Source of the DNA: Cenococcum geophilum
Taxonomy: Eukaryota
NCBI GenBank assembly: GCA_050273025.1
Contig: CP158635.1
Coordinates: 4,216,001 to 4,280,000, forward strand
Direction: 5' to 3'
DNA: 64,000 bases
Shown: one piece after another, positions 35,282 through 48,005 of the stretch
Layout of the letters: every line of letters begins with the position of its first letter
Position numbering within the stretch: the first letter of the stretch is position 1
Notes under the pieces: generated by a model
What the model saw: the letters and a program-made list of their open reading frames with translations, nothing else
The model's database searches: none
What the model was told of the DNA's origin: nothing
Translations under genes and position numbers: made by a program

Positions 35282-38200
35282 TATATAATTACAGCACCTG
35301 TTATACCAACCGCGTGCTTACGCGTTCGGTACGCCGAGTACGCGTTTACGCGTTCGGTGCACCAACCACCCGCTTACGCGTCTGGTGCACTTCTAAAGCA
35401 CTAACTAATTAGGGGGGGGGCGCATTAGTATATAGACTACGTAGTCTACCTTAATAGAATCGACAGTCACTACCATCCCAGAGAGCATATAATACTATAC
35501 GTATTTCGTGCCCCGGGATATAACTCAATTGTATTATTAAATTAATATAAACACTGATTAGTAAGCGCGCACAGATCAGCAATTACTTAACACCCCCCCC
35601 CCCCTCGAGCGATATATATGACAGCGACCACCCGTTTAGACTCCTAGTACAACCTACTAGAAGGTTAGAAGTCAGGGATTACGGACTATTACTAACTCCG
35701 TATACTTATTCAAGTCTTAATATAGTTTACCGGAAGTTTATAAACGCAAATACAGACCTTTATAGAACCCCCTACCCTCCCGTAAACCACTATAGACCTA
35801 CTAATTACCTTTACGGACCGTTATAAGACCTTATAAAAAACCCCTACCCTCCTATAAACCGTTACAGACCTATTAACCGCTTTTACGGACTACTATAAAA
35901 CCTTTTCTACCTGCTACGTACTATACTATACAGTATAGCAGACATAAGTAAGTAGATTAATAAAGGTTAAGAGAAATAGAGCTAAGGAGTCGACCTTATA
36001 TCCATAACTAATGTTAATAACTATATTAAATATAAAATCCTTAAATACGGATATTTTAAGCTTATAAATAATAACTTATAGGAGTAATATAAGGAAGACT
36101 TTACGGACTTTATAGAAGCTATTTTTAAGGCTTATAACCCTACTGCTATCTATAACCTATAAACCCTTTTACGTTACTAAGGCGTATAGGTTAAAAGGGA
36201 CAAACAAGTTACTGTTATACGGTCTCTATATAACACACTATATAAGGAGGACTAAACGGAATAGACTAAAAAGTAGATCTTAGATTATATTAAAACCAGC
36301 AACTTTTCTGCCTTCTTTAAACTTAATAGAATCTCTAGCCTTATAGCTAACCTATTTAACCAAATTCGTTCTACAAACCTAAGTAGCATTAGAATTAATC
36401 TTACTAGCTAAAGTATACCTAATACTCAAGTTACGGACTATAATACCACCGTAACCTAAATTATAGACCGTAATACCCCCGTAACCCAAAATACGGACTA
36501 AACCCCTTCTATTACTTAAGTTATAGATTTATAAACTACCTAAGTAAAGACTTATATTAAGGAGCTAGCTAACCTAGCTAAGCTCTATACCGACGAATCT
36601 AAGTATAGTAATAAAAATAATAACTTTAACTTTAAACTAACTATCTTTACGGACCTCTATTAAAAGGCTAATATTCCTAAATAGGAGTTTAGCCAAGCCT
36701 ACTTTACCATACTACGCGGCCTAGCCCTTAACTACTATTACACTAACCTTAAGAGTAACCCCCTTAGTATTCCCTTTAATAAGCTATATAAAGCTATACG
36801 TAATTACTTTAAAGGACTAGAATATAAGCGTAATATCCTTACCTAATAGAATACGACTAAGTTACGGACCGTAATAGACAAGAACACTAAAAAATTAACT
36901 ATAGAGTACCTACAAATCCTTATTAAAGACCTCCGCCACCTATAGCACGGTCTTAATATTAAGCTTTAAACGGACAACTTCCTGCACAATAAACTTATTA
37001 CGGCTTACTAGGAAATGGAACCCTATAAATACGCCTATTACAAGCCCGCAGACACTATAGCTGGCCTTATTAACAATTTACGGTCCTTTATTACAACGTA
37101 TAAAGCCTTAAACCCGCTAGGCAGTACTTAAGCCTTTATTACAGACCTACAAAACCCATAAACTAACTTAGATACCTACTTTACGGACCACCGCTACCGC
37201 TAGCAGTACCCGTACCAACTAAGTCCTACCTATAACCCCCGCAGCAACTTCCGTACAAAAGTATACCCCTATAAACAAACTAGCCAAAAGTGCTTTATAT
37301 ATAGTAAGGAAGGATATTAGTTTATAAGGCATACCTAGGAAGAACGTAATAAGTCTAAGAAGAGATTTAATAATCGGATTAACTAGTTTATCTTAAACTA
37401 CAAAGGAGAAGAAGTAAAGGAGTCTCTTAACAAGTTAATAGAAGCCCTTATAATTAACTTTAACTTAAATACTTAGGAATAGGAGACCTTAGAGATATTC
37501 TTAACTACTTTTAGACCTTTTACGGACGACTAAGCCTTTAATATTATAACTGTATTAGCCGACCGCTCCTTTATACGCTTAATTACACCCAAAAACCAGC
37601 CCGTAAGTATACCTATTAGACTTATTATAGACGTTATAGACGTTATAGACGTTATAGACCGTAAATAGAACCTATTTACATATATTACCACAGAATACTA
37701 CACCCCCAAAGAATTCTATAGCATTATAATCGATATAGGTACCTCTAAGAAGTCTACTATAGGTTATGGACAGTACCTTATATATAAGACCACCGTAAAT
37801 AATAATACGGATATTAATACTATGTAAACTAGGGCTATAAACGTCTAATTTAGCATCGGCTTAACTATATTAATTAGATTAGTGGTAGTTAAAACCCTAA
37901 TTAGCCTAGTTAACTTCCATATAGTAAAAGCAGACACCCCTTTTCTACTCTGTCTTACGGATATAGATAGGCTATAGGTTTACTATAATAATGTTATAGA
38001 CACCGTAATTGGCCCCGCAACTACCCTAGGAAGTAAGTATATTACCCTACTAATTACACGACGATTCGGACACCCATTCCTTATATAGGGAGAGACTTTA
38101 TAGACCTACATTTAGGAATCTTTTGACTATAACCCGTGCTACCTTACTAGTACGGAAATCCACCGCCTATACCGCCGTTTTGGCCACCTATTAGCCGAAA

Positions 38201-41200
38201 AGCTATATAGAGTCCTTAAACGCTCTAGATATAACAACATTAATAGGAAGGCAATTAACTACCTAACTAAATACTGCTCCTTCTACTAGAAATACGGACG
38301 TTCCCTAGGCTAATTTAAGTTTACCCTTTATAAAGACCTTAATTTTAACCACTTAGTGTACGTAGACATTATATACATTAACAGCAGCCTAGTATTATAT
38401 ATAATTAACAAGGCAACCTACTACTAAGCCGCCCGTTAGTTGCAAAATATATCCACAAAATATACTTAGGATATTTTACGGACCTACTAGATTAATATAT
38501 ACCTTAAACCTCCTAAGTATATCACCTACAACGCTAGTAAGAACTTTATTAGTAAGGAATTCTAACAGTACGCTATAGCTATGGCTATTTTAATAAAAGC
38601 CGTCCTAGTTAAGGCGTACTAGTCTATTAGGCTTATTAAATAAGCTTACCTAGCTCTATAAAGAGCTTACTAGATTATTATAGACGAGTATAAAACATCT
38701 AAAAGAAACTGGCTTTACAGGTAGCCGTAAAAGCCGTTAATAACACCGCTGGCCCTAACAAACTAGTACCTACCCTCTTAGTTTACGGAGCTTACCTAAG
38801 GATAAGCAAACTAGACCCTCCTACCCCGTCCGTTATAGATTAAGCAGCTATAATACGGAAGGCAATAGCCGAAATAGTTAAATTACGGGCTAAACAAACT
38901 ATTAATAACGCTTTGCACCACCGTAACGGACCTAATATAACCTTAGTATATAACCTCCCGCTTAATTTTAAAGTCCTCATATAGCGCAAGAGTGGCAATT
39001 AGACTAGACCTTACCGTTTACTGGCTATAAAAGACAAGACGTATTATATACAACTTCCTAGCGGACTAACTAACTTCAGAAGCACGTCCGTAAAACCCTA
39101 CTTTCGGCCTAAATATACCTATAACGCTAACCCAGACAAACTAGAAGCATCTATTAAACTAAATAAACTAAAAGCACCTACTAAACCAGATAAACTAGAA
39201 GCACCCTTACCTACTCTAAAAGTCCCCCGTAAACTTACTAAACCTACTATAAAGCGTAGTTAAGGACGCCCCTAAAAGCACCCTATAACTAAAAACCCCA
39301 CAATAAAGAATTACCTAACCTCCGTAGATACATCCGTAAGGTAACCTCCGCCTATAAATATATTAGTTCTAGTATAGGAAACCCCTTTTACGGACTTATA
39401 ACGCAAAGAGATTAACGGACTACTTAAAAAGGGCGTCTTTAGAGTTATAATAAAGAGAGACGTTCCGCAAGGCGTCCGTAAATTTAACTTACACTTCGTT
39501 AATAAAATTAAGCACCCTAGTACTAATAAAGCCTTTAAAAAGTTAAGGCTCGTTATACAAGCTTATAATAACTAGGGGAAAGACTTAGTCCTTACGCAAT
39601 TACCTATAATTTAATGGGTTAGTTAATAGATTATACTTACGCTTACGCCTAGACTACAGTAAATAAAACCCATAGCCCTTTACTTACGGGACATCTTATA
39701 AGCCTATATACAGTCTAATACCCACCTAAGTAGGGATATCTTTATACAACCACCGCTTAAGCTTAATTTACAACTAGAAATAATTTTATAGGTTATAAAA
39801 CCCCTTTACGGAGTACTAGAAGCTAAAAACCATTAGTTTAAAATATATTACTAGCATTACATTAGTAAACTTAAAATAGAATAGTTGACCTACGACCCCT
39901 GCCTCCCATATACCCCATTAAACAGCCTTAATATTATTAAACTCTAAATAGATAATACTCTCTTCTTAGCGGACTAGACCTTTATAGACGCTAAAGAGAT
40001 TAAACTATAAAAGGCTAAGTTCCTAGTAAAGCCGTAAGAGCAGTTAACTAAGTAAACTCTAATTAAGTTTAATAGAGGCTTAATTATATAAAAGGGCAAC
40101 CTAATCTATCTAACTTAGGGACGCCAAGCTTAAAACCTAAGGCTTATTATAGTAAAGCCTACGGACCTCACTGGTTCCTATAGAGAGACCCGTAAGACCG
40201 TAAATATAAAGGACTAATACATCACACAGCGTGCAAGAGGCGCCTATATCGCTATAGTCTGTTAACCCAAATCTGCCTATAACTTATCCTTTACGGCCTA
40301 GGTAATAGATCTATAAGAAGAAAATATTAAGCAGCTTAATAAGCGCATTTAATGGCAAATTAATAACGCGATAAGAGGACTTACTTTTATACCGCTAGAC
40401 CTAAATTCCATTAGCGTAATAGTATTTACGGACGCCTCCTTCGCTAATAATAGGGACCTATTATTGCAAATCGGCTTTATAATTATACTTACGGACCATA
40501 ATTAAGACGTAAATATACTATATTAGTCTTTAATTAAATACAAGCAAGTAACCCGCAGTGTACTAGCCTCTAAACTATATACACTAGCCTATGACTTTAA
40601 TATAGCAGCCGTAATCAAATTAACGATTTAGAAGATCCTATAATTAGAGCAGCTACCCCTAGTTTTATATACCGATTTAAAGTCCCTCTACAACTGCCTA
40701 GTCAAACTAGGTACAATATAAAAGAAGAGGCTTATAGTTGACCTAATGTGCTTATATTAGGCCTACAAACAACGTGAAATTACGGAGGTTAAATAGATTA
40801 GCAGCGGAGACAACCTAGTAGACGCTATAACTAAGGCAAAGCCGTGTTAAGCTTTTAAAACCCTAATTAACACAAATAAGCTTAACCTAAAGGTCATAGA
40901 GTGGGTAGAGCGAGACTAATAGAGCACTTACGGTTTAGTTACGGCCCGTTAGAAGGTTATATAGTTTATTTACGGCCCGTTAAAGGGCCGTATAGTTTAT
41001 TTTACGGACCGTAAGCAGGACTTACAGCTAGCTTAGAGCACCATTTAGAAGGCAACCCAGAAGGCACCTTAGGAGGGATTTCCTATATATTTTCTTTCGT
41101 GTTTTATGGTTCTATTAAGGCAATTACGGAGGCTATATATAAGTGGTTTTATTTTCCAAGTACCGCTAGTGTATAATTACAGCACCTATTATACCAACCG

Positions 41201-41442
41201 CGTGCTTACGCGTTCGGTACGCCAAGTACGCGTTTACGCGTTTAGTGTACTAACTACCCGCTTATGTATCTAGTGCACTTCTAAAGCACTAACTAATTAG
41301 GGGGGGGGGCGCATTAGTATATAGACTACGTAGTCTACCTCAATAGAATTAACAGTTACTACCATCCTAGAGAGCATACGATATTATACGTATTTCGTGC
41401 CCTGGGATATAACTTAATTATATTATTAAATTGATATAAATA
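35282..41442 (+). mobile_element. Ty1/Copia LTR retrotransposon (GalEa-like), RIP-inactivated
   Basis: ~272-bp LTRs at 35282-35553 and 41170-41442; TSD GGACT (35277-35281 / 41443-41447). Domain order PR (IIDTGASKKST), INT (LHRRFGHP), RT (KSRLVVQAYND, QTDDTL), RH (VFTDASFANN, TDSKSLYD, NPADAMTK). A CTGAT...GATCAG hairpin follows the 5' LTR in place of an obvious tRNA PBS. Confidence 0.92.
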
Positions 41443-41865
41443 GGACTATTATATTATAGTTAACTATTCCCTAACTAGGGCTATAATGCTTATAGTTAAC
41501 ACGGTAGGTTTAAGTTCATTTACCATTTTAATAGTAGTTATTTTAACGCAATATAATATAAGGGCATAAAGAAACTTTAAGGAAGATTTAAAGGAATAAT
41601 ATAAATTCTATCTAAATCTAAGGTATATAGCTCTTGCTAAGAATAAGATATTATATAAAGAAGAGAAAGGGAATAACAAGAGAATCGTATAATTAAATAG
41701 TTAGGGGCTTAGTGGTCAATACGTGCGTATATACGCACGCGGTCTTTAACGGACTTTAGTAAAATTCAATTAATCTAGCAGAATTTGGTTAAAGCGTCGG
41801 AATTTATCTATTAAGTGTTTCATTAAGACATTCTTACTGTAACTAGGCTAGTCCGTTATAACTAG

Positions 41866-44410
41866 CCTCGTAGCTATTCTAGCTAGTTAATAGCCTATCT
41901 TTTATCTCTTACTATACCGTCTTTTACGCGCCGTCTTATATTCTTAATTATGCTATAGCAATGGCTATAGGATATAGCCTCGCTATTAACCCGCTAGCGC
42001 GCCCCCTAGCAGTAATTAAGAGCTTTAATTAACGGCCTACCTATAAGCCCTAAAGTCCACTTAGCCTAGAGCTAGAATACCAAATTACTACCCTAAAGTA
42101 TCTTATATTTTCTTAGCAGCGCTATTAGGTTAAGGATAAATAGGAGAGGTTAAGCGTTAACTTGCGGTAACTATAGTAAAGGTATAGTAAAAAGCTTGCA
42201 GTAGCTGCGGTAAGGGTATAGTAAAAGCTTACGGCAGCTGCTACAGGGGTATAGTAGACGTTATAGTAGACGGCTAAGCAAGCTCTACGGTAGTAAATAG
42301 TTAAGGATTTTTTAGTATTTTCCTAGGGGTTAAATATACGGGAAAGAGTTTATCTAAAGATGGAATTTAGTTATTAACGTATTTAGGAACGGATATAGGT
42401 ATAGATATAAATATAGGTATAAGGCCGTCTAAAAACGGACATATAGACTCTATAGGCTCTATCTAGATACCTATCTTCCCTTACTAGATCTATATAGGTG
42501 TAAATAATGCTAATAACCTTTCTATCTCGCTAAGGCGTTTTATACGTATAATTAAACCCCCTTTATCTCTAAGATCGCGGCCTTATATCCTAGCTTAGTT
42601 ACAGCCTTATAAACGGGCCAGTATTTCTATATTATTATTTTATTTAGCGTAACTACGCTAGCTAGCAAGCTTTCTACCCGTATAGTAAACCTTTAGTACT
42701 CCTTATAGCTAAAGAGGAAGTCCTTTTATAGGGGGTAGAGTAGGAACTACTTATATAGGATTACTAAGTCCTATAATAGGATTACCCTAAGCGTATAGAG
42801 CAGGTGTGGAAATTCTAAGCCTATAAGGTTAAGCTATATAACCTTATTATTAGCCCTTTTTAGGTAGTAGATCTCTATACGTTTTAGCTAAACGTTAGTT
42901 TTAGGCTATATTTTTAAGTAAAGGTCCTTCTCTAGCACTTTTCGCGTATAGGGAAGAAAGTAGCCCTTTTCTTTCTTTAGGAAGCTAGTAATTAACTATA
43001 TAAACGCATAAGGTAGATAGCTAAAGTAGGCTCCTATTATTACGTTTAGATTCTAGCATCTAGCCTATTTAATTTCGGTCTCATTAATGCTGCTAAGCTT
43101 AGTATATTAGATACTCTACTTATAAGCACTATAGGTCTTCTTCTTTAAGTAAATCCCTACCCCCTAAAATATTATTTTATTTTATTTAAATTACGTATAA
43201 TAGCTTAACGGCTATTATAGTATTTTAATACTGCTAGAAAAGACGTATAGGTTATAGTATTCTTCTAACTACTAAAAGAATAGGAAGCTTTTAGCGCCGT
43301 CTTTACCCTAGTAGTTAAAGAAGTAGAAGGCTATTATAGAGAGAGGATAGAGAATAGGGTTAGCGTTCCGTATATATTCTATATACTTAACCTTACCGTA
43401 CTAATTCTACTTCCCCTATATTATTAATATAACTATATACGGTACTAACTTATCTAGTTTAGGCCCTTTATTCTCTAGTTTAATAAAAATAAGGCTAGTA
43501 AGCTAAATATCCTATTTACTCTTACCCTAGGTAATAGTAGTATAATCTAAAAAATAGGTTAGAAAATAGTAGCTATAAATAGTCTATATAGACTAGGTAA
43601 AGTATATAATAGTAGTAATATATAAACTTAATAAATACTTAGCCGCAGTTTAAAGGTAAGACTTAACTAAACCTAGTATTTTAGAGGCCGTCTCTTAGTA
43701 CTAAGTAATCGCCTTTTTAAGGCCTTTAACGTTATAGCCGCTAGTAATTATAAATAGGCCTTAATTAATAAAGTTAATGCATTAAACCTGGTTTTTATTA
43801 TAGTAGATACTATCTAGTACTACTAAGAGCTTTACCCCCTATAGCGGTAGTAAGGCCTTACCTTTTAACTGCTATATATAAAGCTCGGTAATAGTAGAGA
43901 CATAGCTATTTATAACTAAGTATTAAACTATCTCGTTAAATAGGGCGTTTAGGGCCTCCTTATTCTATATCTCCCCTTCCTTTTTTATAGCTTCCTCCTT
44001 TACGGCTATAGCTACGGCTACCCCTACGGCCGCCCTTATAGCCGCCTTCCCCCCTAGCTGCCCTTTTGCCTACTTAGCCGTCTTCTACCTCTTCTTTACC
44101 CGCTCGCTATCTTTTTATATCTCTTTCTATTTTAACTTCCATTTTTAATAGCTAGCGGCCTATAATTCTTAGTTAATAACTTACTGCTCTAAAAATAAAT
44201 AAAGTTTATCTTCTATTACCTAGGCGCCGTCTATATTACCTTCTAGTCTTATATACTAGTCTTCCCACTCTTTTTACTTCGGCTTATACGCCCTTATAGT
44301 ATTCCTTAAACGCTAGGCCTTATAAATATTATATAGCTATACTATTTGGGCCTTAAATTTACTCTAGAGGCTATAGGGGGAGGAGGTTAAGGGGGCTTCC
44401 GTTAACCATA
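41866..44410 (-). pseudogene. Crypton 2 tyrosine recombinase + GCR1_C, RIP-inactivated (last ~12 codons at ~20566-20602)
   Basis: De-RIP reading RNT.RAYEPKQKEWEDWC..LEGN.DGAWVTEDKL.LFLEQ, GKQNQHGKVEYMGCMRNADP.LCPLSA.AFYFFNRWG, KEKTHS.RKQS.RHAEL.GV.E.EIRRAGRWN...GAYLSYLP, QLW.EWTLGL.GRPS.EALD..WGARWR, then SLDWLCKNI. Confidence 0.85.
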
Positions 44411-44636
44411 AAGTGGACTATAGGGTAAGAATATTCTTAAAAGACTCTATATCTATATAAGGTAAGGGGGGAAATATATAAGCGTAGTATAGGTAAATAA
44501 AGCCACCAAACGCGTAAATATTAAAGAAGAAAGAGAAGAAGAGGGCTTTATATTATATAATTAGAATTACGGGAGGCCTTTTTATATAAAATTAGAAGCT
44601 CCGCGCGAGCCAGCGCGGGTATAAGAATAGGGGGGG

Positions 44637-44822
44637 TGTGACGGCGCTGGGGCACCGCCCCTGCGACGTCTACATGCAGCCTAGTCAGGGGCTCGCTTGG
44701 AGACTTGGCTCGTGTATATAGACCTATCCTTTCCTCAACCTCCTTCTGCTCCTTAGCTTAGTATCTTTGTAAGATAGCATTCCACAAGCTTCGGTTCAGA
44801 GGCATTTGTGCGAGCCGTCACA
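44637..44822 (+). mobile_element. Solo LTR (186 bp)
   Basis: TGTGACGGC...GCCGTCACA terminal inverted ends and internal TATATA. Flanks GGGGG / AGAGG are compatible with a G>A-mutated 5-bp TSD. Confidence 0.78.
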
Positions 44823-45192
44823 AGAGGGTTGGAAAATAAATTGTTAAGGCGACGGTGAGGTCAAAGGCGCGCTAAGGCCCTCTATACTAACCTAGTACTA
44901 ACCTAGGCCTCAAAAACGCGTTTAAAAAGTAGGGTCCACCACCAAAGGGGGGGGGTTCGTGCGTAACCTAAGGTTATGCCAAGCTTAACCCGGACCTCCG
45001 ATACCTAATATTTTATATAATATAGCTACGACGTCGTTATTTATTGCATTAGATAGAGAAGCTAAAGAGTTCCCACCTTGTAGTATTTTTATGGTAACTA
45101 GACGTTATAAAAGGGTCGAGATACGGCAGTAAAAAGGGTGATTTTTGGTGTATTTTGACGCTCCGTTACCACTAAAGCTGCGACCATAAGCC

Positions 45193-45285
45193 TCAGACCC
45201 TCGGTGGAAAATCCGTCGGGTGATAAGGAGCAGTATTCCCGCACGTGCGCGTAGTGCACGTACCAACTGTCCACCGGGGGTCTGA
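45193..45285. repeat. 93-bp segment bounded by 16-bp inverted repeats
   Basis: TCAGACCCTCGGTGGA (45193-45208) vs TCCACCGGGGGTCTGA (45270-45285), one mismatch; no TSD. Confidence 0.65.
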
Positions 45286-48005
45286 ATTATGAGATAAACA
45301 AAGGAGTCTGAAGCTTGGCCTGTGTTGCCGAAAGCTCCGGGAGTACTGGCTAAGGCCCTAAAACCTCGGCTAGTGTAGATATTTTGGCTCCGGCCCAACT
45401 TCACTAGGTACACAATCTAACTTTTACTACGCTATATTAAGACGCTATAATTTAATTATTTTTTAATTTTAACGTTTTTAAAGGTAGTTTTAATAATTTA
45501 TTACGTTTTTATAATAAAAGAACAGCTTATAGACGAAGTAAGTTATAGTAGGTTATATTAAGGTTATATTAAGGTTATATTAAGGATCTAATATAGGTAT
45601 AAATTCTAGAGAAGTAGAGGCAAATTAGAGTAGAAAAGGCATTTATTAATATTCTATCTATATTATTATTTAAATTTAATTAGACTACATTAGTTCCTAT
45701 TAAATCCCTTTTAGCCTCTATAGAATAATAACAATAGTATAAGGTAATAGGCTCTATATTACCTAGACTACTATAAAAGGTAAGTAAGTAACTAGCTTAA
45801 TACTAAGTATAGCTATATAAAACAATATATATAGGTAAGGCGACTTCGTCACCTAACGGATAGCTCTATTATAAGCAGCGTAAGTATATATTTAGGTTAT
45901 ATCTATAATTTAATATAGAAATAGATACCGCCTAATAGCCTAAATATATAATTTTATAATAATGATCTAATTAGGATATAGAATAAGAACTTTCTCTAAA
46001 ATAGGTACGTAAATCTTTTTATAGGGATAGTATAGGTATAAGATGTAAATTATATTTTAGATAAAACCATATTATATCTATAATCTAACCATAATATATT
46101 ATTAATAAGGTTCTTTATAGCCCTATTTAAGATCTAAATATTAGTATAATAGCTATATATAGTACCTTAGAGTAGCTTTTAGGTTATATTTTAAAGAACC
46201 TATTTCTTAGAATAATCTAAGCTCTCTAAACTTAGATAATAGTAGAAGCAAGGGTTTTAGTACTCTTAATACTACTCTATAGCTAAATACTATAAAGAGG
46301 TATATTTCTAGTGCCCTAGCTCTATATACTAAGGTACAGTATATTAGACTTCGTAAGCGCCTAATATAGGTGCTATTTTTCTATATTAAGGTTATATCTA
46401 GGATCTAACTTTAATATAGCGCTATAGTAAATATCTCCTTATTTATGTTCTACTAAAGGATATTTTCTATAGATAGGATTATACTATTAGAAAGACTATA
46501 AGTTATAAGTGCTATATATCTTTATTTTATCCTATATCTAACTATAATAGGATTTAAATACTAAGTATAATATTTATATTTAGGAAATAAAATTTACTAA
46601 TAGTTATAGAGGATTAATTAAGTATATTAAATTATATCTCTAAGTAAGAACCTAAATATATTTATATTATAACTAGCTTTTAACCTTAAAAATAAAGAAA
46701 AATATAAGCTATATAATTTATAGTATAAAGCCTAAAGGTCGGAAAGAACTAGAATTTAATAATTTAGCTAGTATATTTATCTATATATCTTTATTATATC
46801 TTAGATCTAACCTATTATAGTAGCTTAGTAGACCCTTTATAAAGCTATCTAGATAGAGGTAGAACTAAATATTATATACCATATTAATAAGGCAGTTAGA
46901 AAGGTTAGAATTTATAATAGTATAAACTATTACTCTTCTATCTAGGATATATTACTAATATATTTTGGTTTTCCCTAATATAGAGTTGCCTTTAATAGCT
47001 AAAGGTTATAGAAAATGTTAGGCTACTTTAGTAGGTCTCCGTATATTATTAATTATATTCTTATTATATTATAAATCTAATTAAGCTATTATATATATTA
47101 TATTCCGCTTTAGAGTTCTACTAAAGAAAAATAATAAGGTAAGTCTAAGCAGTTATAACTACTACTTAACTATAATCTAGCTATAATCTAGCCTAATTAT
47201 AATACTATATTTAAGATTTTTAGAAAGATTAAGAAGTAGAAGTATATTTTATATACTAGTAATAAAAAGAGTAAGCGTTATATTTATAATATATCTAAGA
47301 TATAATATAAATAGTATACCTATCTAGCTAGGCTATATATATCTAGTTTAATAAGGTAGACTTAAAGTCTTTAGTTATATTACTAATATATTAATAATCT
47401 AATTAGAAATAGAACTTAATTTTACTAAATATAATACTACTAGATATTATAGATAACCTTAAGGGTAATAAGTCTTTTAATATAGTTAAGAGCTATACTA
47501 AGTGGCTAGAATAGGTGAGATTTTAGATATAGTATAGTTCTATCTTAGTTCTATCCTAGTTTTATTCTAGTTCTATCCTAGTTCTATCCTAGTTCTATCC
47601 TCTACTATTAAGTATTAAGCGCGGAGTATAGAATATAGAGTATAGTAGGAGTATTTAGGTTTAGCTTTCTCTTAGATATTATAATATCTTTATATTTAGG
47701 TAATTACTTTAATATAACCTATACCCCTTATACTTATAAATATAAAAGCTTATATTAACTAAGTTCTTATTCTAATTTTCTAAGCTCTAACTTTATCTTT
47801 TAATTTTATAGTTTAATTACTTTTACTTTAGCTTCTATATATAGAACCTAGGCTTCTTATTTATAAATATTTAATTAAAATTATTATAGCGTTAACTGTT
47901 ATAAGAATTAAGCTTATTAAGTAATAGTTATATAAAGTAAAGACTATAAGCTACTCTTATATACTAAATATAGTTGGCTTATAAGCTGGATATATTAAGG
48001 ATATA

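Larger units (their letters stand above)
20603..41860 (-). mobile_element. Ty3/Gypsy chromovirus family D, host to four nested insertions
   Basis: ~305-bp LTRs at 20603-20907 and 41557-41860; TSD ACTAG (20598-20602 / 41861-41865); reverse-complement PPT GTACCCCCCTTT at 20908. Degenerate gag ~34240-35280, PR-RT-RH-INT ~30405-33900, chromodomain ~29260-29430. Confidence 0.92.
18310..45190 (-). mobile_element. Crypton 2 (different family from Crypton 1), expanded to ~27 kb by nested insertions; ends approximate
   Basis: Tyrosine recombinase ORF at 41866-~44410 whose last codons continue at ~20566-20602 across Gypsy D (TSD ACTAG). Non-coding flanks at ~18310-18459, 20200-20565 and ~44410-45190. 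Exact termini not resolved. Confidence 0.65.

Noticed and set aside
11295..45190. Starship captain (DUF3435) explanation for the tyrosine recombinases
   Set aside because: Both recombinases show Crypton/Ndc10-type motifs with GCR1_C; no captain or Starship boundary is visible in the window. A larger enclosing element cannot be excluded.
46920..47040. Possible Academ-like P.xFH...HWG motif on the minus strand of element X
   Set aside because: Spacing does not fit, and the splice signals put the gene on the + strand.
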